DNA of 64,000 nucleotides from Candidatus Sumerlaeales bacterium (GTDB lineage: Bacteria > Sumerlaeota > Sumerlaeia > Sumerlaeales > Sumerlaeaceae), in contig JBBSQY010000002.1 of assembly GCA_038243585.1 (NCBI GenBank), forward strand, positions 64,001 to 128,000, read 5' to 3'. Of this stretch, positions 1 to 8,041 are shown piece by piece (positions within the stretch are counted from its first letter, which is position 1; every line of letters begins with the position of its first letter). Made by a program: the position numbers and the translations under genes. The notes below the pieces were generated by a model that saw only the letters and a list, made by a program, of their open reading frames with translations, searched no databases and was not told the origin of the DNA.

Positions 1-831
1 CACATTTCCATTTTCGATCAAAGCAATAAACCGGTAACCGTCGAATTTGATTTCGTGCACCCAGTCGCCGCCATCGGGTGCGGATTGTACGAGGGTTGCC
101 AGTTGTGGTTTCATGGTTGCGGGAAATTTGGATTTTGCAGCCCCGTCGATGGTCGACGGATCCATAACACTGGCCTGATTGGTTGCCTTTTTTATGCCGG
201 TCCATACGCGAACGCCCGCTTTTTTATCGGCGGCGCCGGCACCGGATTTCTGTCCTGCGGCGATGGCGTCCATGGCCCGATCAGTGGTTACGCTAGTGGT
301 ATATTGGTCCGTGATGCTTTTTTCGGTGGCCTGATCGTCACGCTCTTTTATGAGAAGCCAGTTTTTCTTATTGTCGCCATACTTGCCACCTTTCATAAGC
401 ACTAGTGCAAAAGCGCCCTGCAGTCGTTGCCCTTTCAGGAGGAATTTCATAGAACCCTCGGTGAGTTGCGCGAGCATGTCGGCGCCTTTCTCCATTGGTT
501 CCCAGTCTCCCTGATCCCAGAGCATCACGGTGCCGCCGCCGTATTCACCCTCGGGGATTGTCCCTTCAAAGTCGCCGTAGTCCAGCGGATGATCTTCCAC
601 CTGCATCGCCAGGCGTTTATCTTTGGGATTCATGCTCGGGCCCTTGGGTACTGCCCAACTTTTCAGGACACCTTCCATTTCCAGACGAAAATCATAGTGC
701 AGATGGCTGGCAGCATGTTTCTGGATCACGAAGCTTCCGCCACCGGCTTTTGAGGTGGGTTTTCTAACTACTCCCTCTGGCTCATTGGTTTTTTTGAAGT
801 CGCGCTTTTTCTTGTATTCGGTCAGTCCCAT
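1..831 (-). CDS. ligD: DNA ligase D, N-terminal part (3'-phosphoesterase domain); runs off the window edge
   Basis: Not in the ORF track because no stop lies in the window. Reading from ATG 831 gives MGLTEYKKKRDFKKTNEPEG...VLKSWAVPKGPSMNP...QVEDHPLDYGDFEGTIPEGEYGGGTVMLWD, the LigD PE-domain motifs. Directly downstream of Ku. Confidence 0.93.
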   Translation of the reverse strand, partial: MGLTEYKKKRDFKKTNEPEGVVRKPTSKAGGGSFVIQKHAASHLHYDFRLEMEGVLKSWAVPKGPSMNPKDKRLAMQVEDHPLDYGDFEGTIPEGEYGGGTVMLWDQGDWEPMEKGADMLAQLTEGSMKFLLKGQRLQGAFALVLMKGGKYGDNKKNWLLIKERDDQATEKSITDQYTTSVTTDRAMDAIAAGQKSGAGAADKKAGVRVWTGIKKATNQASVMDPSTIDGAAKSKFPATMKPQLATLVQSAPDGGDWVHEIKFDGYRFIALIENGNV

Positions 832-840
832 GATCGGCCT

Positions 841-1707
841 CTATGCTGCGGACTTTTTCTTCGTAGCCGCCTTACTTTTTTTAGAGGTTGCTGGTTTTGT
901 TGCAGGCTTAGATTTAGAGGGTTTTTCCGGCTCGCCGGTTCCACCGCCTAAGCTGGCTTTTAAAGCGCTGACCAAGTCGATAACTCTCGCTGGCTGTTCT
1001 TTTGTCTGCGTAACGCTGATCTTGCCACCCTTCGCTTTTTTTTCCAGCATCTCGATCACCTTCTCCCGATAATCGTCCTCATACCGTTCGGGCTCAAAAT
1101 CGCGACCCATGCTCTCGACCAGCCGCACCGCCATCTCCAACTCCTGCTTTGTTGGATTGCTAGCCTTTGGAATCGCAGGAACATCGTCTAACGACACTAC
1201 TTCATCAGCATAATAAAGTGTCGACAGCCCAATAGCGTTACCCATCGGGCGCATGATGACAAGGTGCTGCTTCGTGCGCATTACGAACCGCGCGATGGCG
1301 GCCTTACCGCTGTTCTCCATGGCCGCGACCAGCAGGCTATACGGCTTCGCAGCGCCTTTTTCCGGAGCAAGATAATACGCTGTCTCATAATATATTGGAT
1401 CAACCTGAGCCAATTCCACAAAATCCTCAATGTCGATGCTGTGCGGATTATCCGGCTGAAGTGCTTCCAGTTCTTCCGGCTCTACGGCCACGAATTCTCC
1501 TTTGCGAACTTCATAACCTTTGACGATCTCGTCCGCGCTTACTTCTTTGTTATCCACTGGACAAACTTTTTTCTGTTTCAGTGGAACCATATCTTTTTCA
1601 TGAAGCATCCGGAAATGAATGTCTTGCGGCCGCGTGGCCTTCCACATACTGATGGGAATATGTACAAGGCCAAAGTTAATAGCCCCTTTCCAAAGTGCGC
1701 GCGCCAT
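841..1707 (-). CDS. ku: Ku protein (NHEJ)
   Basis: MARALWKGAINFGLVHIPI, IVKGYE, IDIEDFV, DPIYYETAYYLAP motifs; basic C-terminal tail. Confidence 0.96.
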   Translation of the reverse strand: MARALWKGAINFGLVHIPISMWKATRPQDIHFRMLHEKDMVPLKQKKVCPVDNKEVSADEIVKGYEVRKGEFVAVEPEELEALQPDNPHSIDIEDFVELAQVDPIYYETAYYLAPEKGAAKPYSLLVAAMENSGKAAIARFVMRTKQHLVIMRPMGNAIGLSTLYYADEVVSLDDVPAIPKASNPTKQELEMAVRLVESMGRDFEPERYEDDYREKVIEMLEKKAKGGKISVTQTKEQPARVIDLVSALKASLGGGTGEPEKPSKSKPATKPATSKKSKAATKKKSAA

Positions 1708-1798
1708 GGCCAGTTCTCCTAGGTTGATATTTCATCTTACGGCAAAGACCGTGCCCATTCTACGGAACAATCGTACTCTGACTCGGTATCCGCTCTCC

Positions 1799-2917
1799 AT
1801 GAGTTTCGAATTCACCGTCCAGTCAAAATGCAGCGCGACCAGCGCACGCGCAGGCGTCCTAAATACCCCCCATGGTCCAGTTGAAACCCCCGTTTTCATG
1901 CCAGTGGGTACGAAAGCCACGGTTAAGGCAATGACGCCGGAGGAGCTAAAACAGGTTGGTGCGCAGATCATTCTGTCTAACACTTTCCACTTGGCTTTGC
2001 GTCCCGGCGATGAGACCGTAAAAGCCTTGGGTGGCCTTCACAAAATGATGAACTGGAACCGGCCTATCCTCACGGATAGTGGCGGGTTTCAGGTGTTCAG
2101 CCTGGGTGACATAAATAAGATCACAAATGATGGCGTTAGATTCCGGTCACCGTTGGACGGGTCTGAAATGTTTTTAACGCCGGAAAAGGCCACGCAAATT
2201 CAACACAATCTGGGCGCGGATATCATAATGGTTTTTGATGAATGCGCACCCTATCCTGCGGAACACGCGTATGTGAAAAAGTCTGCGGAGATGACGGCTC
2301 GCTGGGCAGAGCGGTGCAAAGCAGCTCACGCCGGTCGCGAAGATATGCAGGCGCTTTTCGGCATCGTTCAAGGTGGAATGTTTGATGATCTACGGGAATG
2401 GAGCGCTCGGGCAACCGTCGATATTGGCTTTCCCGGCTACGCCATAGGCGGGCTGAGCGTTGGCGAGCCAAAGCCGGATATGGAACGCGGCCTCGACGTG
2501 ATGAACCGCGTTCTACCGTGGGATCAACCGCGTTACCTGATGGGAGTGGGAACCCCGGACGACTTCTTCCGCGGAGTAGAGCGGGGGATTGATATGTTCG
2601 ACTGCGTGCTGCCGACGCGTTCGGCCCGAACCGGCCGCCTCTATACCACAGAGGGCATTCTCAATATGCGCAATGCTGTCCACGCGACCGATACGCGCCC
2701 ACCCGGCGAATCATGTGGCTGCTATGTTTGCCGCAACTATAGCCGGGGGTATCTGCGCCACTTATTTATGGCCGAAGAAATCCTGGCCTGTCGTCTGGCC
2801 ACATTCCACAACCTGCATTACTTCCTGGAACTGATGGCGGGAATACGAAGATCAATTCAGGAAGACCGTTTCCTGGCTTTTAAAACTGAAGCCCTGGCAG
2901 CCTACGGTAAGAACTGA
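1799..2917 (+). CDS. tgt: tRNA-guanine transglycosylase
   Basis: TPVFMPVGT, LTDSGGFQVFSL, PRYLMGVG, DMFDCVLPTR and CGCYVC Zn site; start placed at MSFEF (1799). Confidence 0.97.
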   Translation: MSFEFTVQSKCSATSARAGVLNTPHGPVETPVFMPVGTKATVKAMTPEELKQVGAQIILSNTFHLALRPGDETVKALGGLHKMMNWNRPILTDSGGFQVFSLGDINKITNDGVRFRSPLDGSEMFLTPEKATQIQHNLGADIIMVFDECAPYPAEHAYVKKSAEMTARWAERCKAAHAGREDMQALFGIVQGGMFDDLREWSARATVDIGFPGYAIGGLSVGEPKPDMERGLDVMNRVLPWDQPRYLMGVGTPDDFFRGVERGIDMFDCVLPTRSARTGRLYTTEGILNMRNAVHATDTRPPGESCGCYVCRNYSRGYLRHLFMAEEILACRLATFHNLHYFLELMAGIRRSIQEDRFLAFKTEALAAYGKN

Positions 2918-2977
2918 GCATTCGACACAGAAGCACTGAAAAAGCCACTGGGTGAACAGCTAAAAGACTAGGTGAGC

Positions 2978-3715
2978 TTAATCAGCAGCCTTCTGCTTTC
3001 CTGCCACTTCGACCAGACCCTGAAAAAGGGCCAGGTGGGCCGGTTCATCGAAGATCATTTCAGGATGCCATTGCAGGGCAACGCCGAAGGGATAGTCTTT
3101 TATCTCGAAGCTTTCGATGATGCCGTCCACCGGACAGCGTGAGGTTATTAAAACTCCGGCACCGGGCTTATCAACTGACTGGTGATGGGATGTATTTGCC
3201 AAAACAGTACCTTCGCCAACCATAGAAGCGAGCAAGGTGCCGCCGTCTACCACCACGTCGTGGCGAGAGTATGTCTTTGAGTGCTCTACTGTAGTGGTCA
3301 AGTGAGAATTTATATCCTGAATTAGGGTGCCGCCCAAAGCCACGTTGACTTCCTGACATCCCAGACATATCGCCAGGAAAGGTTTCTTCCGATCAAGCAC
3401 CTGTTGAATAAGGGCCAGGTCATACGTCTCCCGACGCTTTTCTACCATCTGATCCTTCACAGTTTCGTGAACTTCCTGCCCATAGAGTTTCGGATCAATA
3501 TCGGGTCCACCGGTAAAAATAAACCCGTCGCAGAGTTCCGCATGGTGGCTCACAAGATCTGCATCCTCGACCGCTGGCAAAATGATAGGAATACCACCTG
3601 CTGCGCGCACGGCGTCAACGTATGTAGTGCGAAGGGTGAAAAAGGGCTTTCCTGGGCCCTCTATGTCGCGAACGCCAGCATTTATGCCAATAAGTGGTGC
3701 CTCTATAACTGTCAT
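2978..3715 (-). CDS. Peptidase C26 / gamma-glutamyl-gamma-aminobutyrate hydrolase family (class I glutamine amidotransferase)
   Basis: GGPDIDP, LAICLGCQEVNVALGGTL, NTSHHQS, QWHPE. Confidence 0.9.
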   Translation of the reverse strand: MTVIEAPLIGINAGVRDIEGPGKPFFTLRTTYVDAVRAAGGIPIILPAVEDADLVSHHAELCDGFIFTGGPDIDPKLYGQEVHETVKDQMVEKRRETYDLALIQQVLDRKKPFLAICLGCQEVNVALGGTLIQDINSHLTTTVEHSKTYSRHDVVVDGGTLLASMVGEGTVLANTSHHQSVDKPGAGVLITSRCPVDGIIESFEIKDYPFGVALQWHPEMIFDEPAHLALFQGLVEVAGKQKAAD

Positions 3716-3720
3716 AGACG

Positions 3721-5310
3721 TTAGATCCTGATAATGCGGGCTGAGATGATGTTTGGCAAGGCTTCTACTTCTTTAATCATCTCTTCAGAAACCGGCGAAT
3801 CCACGTTGATAACTGTAATGGCGTCGTGTCCGGCCTGGGTGCGGCCCCAGGTCATTTGAGAGATGTTCACGTTGTGTTTGCCCATGAGCATTCCGACGTT
3901 TCCGATAATTCCAGGCACGTCTTTATTTTCAATGACGAGTAGTTCCCCTTCGGGTACGACGTCAAAAAACTTATCGTTAAGAACGACAATGCGGGGAGTA
4001 TCTTTTGTAAATAGCGTGCCACCAATAAACTGCTTGGTGCCGTCTTCACAAGTAACTTCCAGCGTGATAAGGTTTGCAAAATTGTAAAGCTTGGTGCTGG
4101 TTTGTTCAATGACTTCGATGCCGCGATCTTTCGCGATGGAGCCAGCGTTTACGAAGTTTACTACGCTGCCTTCCGTCATTGGCTCAAGGAAGCCGATGAC
4201 CGCTGCGTTAGTAATAGAAGAAATTGGGTAGTCCGTAACGCTGCCGCTGTAGTAAACCTGTAGCGATTTGGCCGGGCTGGTAACGTACTGGGAAATGAAT
4301 TTTCCCATGCGACGGGCCAGATCAATGTAAGGCTGAACCTGCTCTAGAATGGCAGGGTCGACGGACGGTGCATTAATCGCGTTGCGGATCATGTTGCCTT
4401 TTAATACATCGACAATCTGCTCAGCTACATCGCGGGCCACACCTTCCTGGGCTTCGCTGGTGGCGGCACCCAGGTGGGGAGTCATGATGACGTTGTCCAT
4501 GGTGCGGAACGGGTGATCTGCCGGGAGCGGTTCAACTTCAAAAACGTCGAGGGCCGCGCCGGCGACGGTGCCGTTTTGCATTGCTTCCAGAAGTGCTGTT
4601 TCATCCACTATGCCGCCGCGGGCACAATTTAGAATGTACACGCCCTTTTTCATCATGGCGAAACATTCCTGGTTCAGCATGCCTTTGGTTTGCGCGTTAA
4701 GAGGTGAATGTACTGTGATAAAATCAGCCTGAGCGCAAATCTCGTCTACGGTCGCTTTGGTAACGCCAAGTCGTTTTACAGCTTCTTCGTTGATAAATGG
4801 ATCATACGCGAGCACCTTCATTCCAAAAGCCAGGGCGCGTTTCGCCACTTCGTTGCCGATGCGACCAAAGCCGCATACGCCAAGAGTTTTGTTCTGCAAT
4901 TCAACGCCAACGTATTTCTTTTTGTCCCAGCGGCCTTCATGCATGCTGCGATCTGCCTGCGGGATGGAGCGGGCGAGCGACATAAGCATGGCGAAGGTGT
5001 GTTCGGCGGTGGAGACGGTGTTGCCACCTGGGGTGTTCATGACAATGATGCCATTTTTTGTAGCGGCAGGAATGTCAACGTTGTCAAGACCGACGCCGGC
5101 GCGACCGACTACTTTAAGGTTTTTGCCGTTGTTGAGTACGGCAGCGGTGGCGGTTGTGCGGCTGCGAATTACAAGAGCGTCGTAGTTAACGATTTCCTTT
5201 TCAAGGTCCTCGGGAGAAATTTCCGGTTTATGGTCTACGTCAAATCCGGCGGATTTGAGGATGCCGATGCCTTCATCGGAAAGGGAGTCGCTTACAAGAA
5301 TTCGTGCCAT
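3721..5310 (-). CDS. serA: D-3-phosphoglycerate dehydrogenase (long form with ACT domain)
   Basis: GRAGVGLDNVD, NCARGGIVDE, TPHLGAAT and a C-terminal ACT domain; start MARILVSD at 5310. Confidence 0.96.
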   Translation of the reverse strand: MARILVSDSLSDEGIGILKSAGFDVDHKPEISPEDLEKEIVNYDALVIRSRTTATAAVLNNGKNLKVVGRAGVGLDNVDIPAATKNGIIVMNTPGGNTVSTAEHTFAMLMSLARSIPQADRSMHEGRWDKKKYVGVELQNKTLGVCGFGRIGNEVAKRALAFGMKVLAYDPFINEEAVKRLGVTKATVDEICAQADFITVHSPLNAQTKGMLNQECFAMMKKGVYILNCARGGIVDETALLEAMQNGTVAGAALDVFEVEPLPADHPFRTMDNVIMTPHLGAATSEAQEGVARDVAEQIVDVLKGNMIRNAINAPSVDPAILEQVQPYIDLARRMGKFISQYVTSPAKSLQVYYSGSVTDYPISSITNAAVIGFLEPMTEGSVVNFVNAGSIAKDRGIEVIEQTSTKLYNFANLITLEVTCEDGTKQFIGGTLFTKDTPRIVVLNDKFFDVVPEGELLVIENKDVPGIIGNVGMLMGKHNVNISQMTWGRTQAGHDAITVINVDSPVSEEMIKEVEALPNIISARIIRI

Positions 5311-5536
5311 GTCAGTCCAGTGTGTCCGTTTTTGTTTTAGTGGGGTCGTTGTCGGGTGCTGCAATCGAGGTAACTTGCAAAGCGCATTCGGCATTCACGG
5401 GAAATTTAACGTGGAGGCTAGAAACCTTTACGCGAAGGACGCTAAGGAAACGCAAAACAAGAGCAGGCGGTAGGGGATTGACAAAAGTTGTAACTCGTTT
5501 TCTGTTAATCACATTAATGAAGAAAGGAGGGTAATA

Positions 5537-5899
5537 ATGAAAGAGTTTGTCCTTAAGTGGTGGCCAATTCCCAGTGTCGTCGCGACGATGTTAGGTATTC
5601 TCTCGCCTGTTTAGAGAAATAATTACTGGGCGATACTACCCAGCATGATTGCAGCGGGAATTTTGGGATATGCAGCTCAAGTATACTGGGACTGTTGTTG
5701 CAAGCGGCCTCACTGGGCCCAGATATTTATCGTCTTTTCAGTAATTCAGTATGGTCAACTTCTCAATGCCCTATGGCTTGAGCGGGTTGATCAGGCAAAG
5801 CTATCAGCTTTATTAATTGGGATGTTCTTTGTATCGATTTGCGCGATGGGCGCGGCTCTTCATCGTGGTGAATCAGCTGAGCGGGACACAGATAAGTAA
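5537..5899 (+). pseudogene. Small membrane protein gene interrupted by an in-frame TAG at 5612-5614
   Basis: Strong RBS AGAAAGGAGG before ATG 5537. MKEFVLKWWPIPSVVATMLGILSPV*RNNYWAILPS continues in frame into ORF 5645..5899. Confidence 0.6.
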
Positions 5900-6020
5900 T
5901 AAAACCCGTTTGTCCTGGATTAATAAGACAGTGCATAGAAAGAAATGCGTCGGTGCGGCGTTGACACAGGGTTTTGGCAACCGCTGATCAGTCCTAGTAT
6001 AATTATAAATGGAGTGATCA

Positions 6021-7391
6021 GTGACAATTTTAGATAAAATTTTTGGATGGAAACATTTAGCGGCTATCCCTGCCGCTCTATTATTTACGGGCACCGCAGC
6101 GGCCCAGACTTCGGTTTCGGCCGGCATGGATAAAGGATCAACAGCAACCGTGTACACAAACAAATATGCGCCAGAGCTTCCGAACGTAAAGGTGAAGCTG
6201 GGCAACGAAGTGCTATTCGAGGACGCAAAGTATACGGACCTGATACGCGGCAAGCGCGTTGGTCTTATAACAAACCCAACCGGTATGGACAGCCACTTTG
6301 TTTCAACGATCGACAAGCTGGCCTTTGGCGGAGTGTGTAAGTTGACAGCGCTTTTCGGGCCGGAGCATGGAATTCGTGGTGATGCCGATGCGGGGGAACA
6401 CGTAAAGAGCAGCGTGGATGAAAAAACAAGTACTCCAGTGCACAGTCTCTACGGAAAATATCCTGACGGCAAGCCCCGGGCAGTGCCCAACAGGGAAACC
6501 ATGGACACGCTGGACGTGATGGTGTATGATCTGCAGGATATTGGAAACCGCAGTTATACCTATATTACCACCATGAAAAACTGCATGAAAGCGGCGGCGG
6601 AACATGGCAAGCCGTTTATCGTGCTGGATCGCCCGAATCCTATGGGGGGCAATTTCGTTGATGGAAATGTGCTGGAAGAGGAACTTGTCAGCACGGTTGG
6701 TTGGGCGCCGGTGGCTTATCTGTACGGCCTCACTTGCGGCGAAACAGCAGGGTGGTTGAAAGACTATTTGAAACTGGACAATCTTGATCTGCATGTGGTC
6801 CCAGTTCAGGGTTGGAACCGCGATATGACCTGGATGGATACCGGCCTGCCATGGATTCCCACAAGCACGCATATGCCGCATCCGGAAACCTGCTGGCATA
6901 TCGGTCTGACGGGGACGTTTGGTGAGTTACATTCTGTAAACGAAGGTGTGGGCTACACGGCGCCGTTTGAGTATATTGGAGCGCCATTTATTAAAAGTAA
7001 TGAGTTTGCGGATGAACTGAACAGCCGCCGCCTGCCAGGCGTGTTTTTTCGCCCGGTTTATTACAAACCCTATTACGGTACTCATAAAACCGAAATGTGC
7101 GGTGGCGTGCAAGTGATGATTACCGATTTTAGCAAGATGCGGCCGGTGGAAGCTAGTGTGCATGTACTGGAGGTGTTGCAGAAACTGTATCCTCAAGCAG
7201 ATGTTCTACACCTTATAGAACCCACAAAAGCCGAGACGGTGCGCGTCGGTATGTTTACTAAAGTAATGGGGTCAAAAAAAATACGCGATGGTCTGGCCGC
7301 CGGAAAAACAGCGCAGGAAATCATTGCACCCTGGAAAGTCCAGCGGGAGCAATTTACCGAAGGCAGCAAAAAATATCATCTGTACAAGTAA
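6021..7391 (+). CDS. DUF1343 / NamZ-family exo-beta-N-acetylmuramidase, exported
   Basis: VGLITNPTG, LFGPEHGIRG, YDLQDIGNRSYTY, VLDRPNP, WIPTS; signal peptide. Confidence 0.9.
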   Translation: MTILDKIFGWKHLAAIPAALLFTGTAAAQTSVSAGMDKGSTATVYTNKYAPELPNVKVKLGNEVLFEDAKYTDLIRGKRVGLITNPTGMDSHFVSTIDKLAFGGVCKLTALFGPEHGIRGDADAGEHVKSSVDEKTSTPVHSLYGKYPDGKPRAVPNRETMDTLDVMVYDLQDIGNRSYTYITTMKNCMKAAAEHGKPFIVLDRPNPMGGNFVDGNVLEEELVSTVGWAPVAYLYGLTCGETAGWLKDYLKLDNLDLHVVPVQGWNRDMTWMDTGLPWIPTSTHMPHPETCWHIGLTGTFGELHSVNEGVGYTAPFEYIGAPFIKSNEFADELNSRRLPGVFFRPVYYKPYYGTHKTEMCGGVQVMITDFSKMRPVEASVHVLEVLQKLYPQADVLHLIEPTKAETVRVGMFTKVMGSKKIRDGLAAGKTAQEIIAPWKVQREQFTEGSKKYHLYK

Positions 7392-7529
7392 AGCCGTTTT
7401 CAAGTTGGGGTAAGAGCCGGGCCGGGCATCGCGCCCGGTTCTATTCCGACTGTAAAGTAAGCTACGCTAATAGCATTATCCTGCTGCGACCTGCATTATA
7501 TGTGCACAGAAGTGATGAGTAGTCGCGGG

Positions 7530-7895
7530 TTACTCCTCATCTGTTTTTTCTCGCTTCTGATAAGTCGTATATTTATCGGCGCGCCCTCGAACTAATTCTG
7601 CTGGATACTTTTTACGATTTCGTTCAATCTTTTCGTTGGCAGCCTTCATAGGATCGATTCCGAGCTGATCTGCAAGCCGCACAAGATAAATCAGGACATC
7701 GCCAATTTCATCCCGCACTTCCGCCATTTTTTCCTCCGGCAAGTCTGCGCTCTGTTCCGCAGTCAGCCATTGGAATATCTCCAAAATCTCAGCAGCTTCG
7801 CCGGCCAGGGCCATCGCCAGATTTTTGGGCGTGTGAAATTGCTGCCAATCCCGTTCATCCACAAATTCCCGAAGCCGATCTCTTAGCTCATTCAT
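7530..7895 (-). CDS. MazG-like nucleotide pyrophosphohydrolase (dCTP pyrophosphatase-like)
   Basis: ERDWQQFHTPKNLAMALAGEAAEILEIFQW, DEIGDVLIYL; start MNELR at 7895. Confidence 0.92.
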   Translation of the reverse strand: MNELRDRLREFVDERDWQQFHTPKNLAMALAGEAAEILEIFQWLTAEQSADLPEEKMAEVRDEIGDVLIYLVRLADQLGIDPMKAANEKIERNRKKYPAELVRGRADKYTTYQKREKTDEE

Positions 7896-8041
7896 TAGTT
7901 TCCTGTCTCGTGTCGTCAGCGTACGAAACGCTAGCCACCGATGAATTTGTAATGCAAATGCTCGTTGCGAAATTGTGCAAAAAACCTGTTGCACTACATG
8001 TTTTTACTTGGTTATTCTGAAAGCCATATATAGAATCTTTT

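Noticed and set aside
55..1072. Plus-strand ORFs 55..405, 427..753, 495..767 and 755..1072
   Set aside because: Antisense shadows of ligD and ku, which carry clear family motifs on the minus strand.
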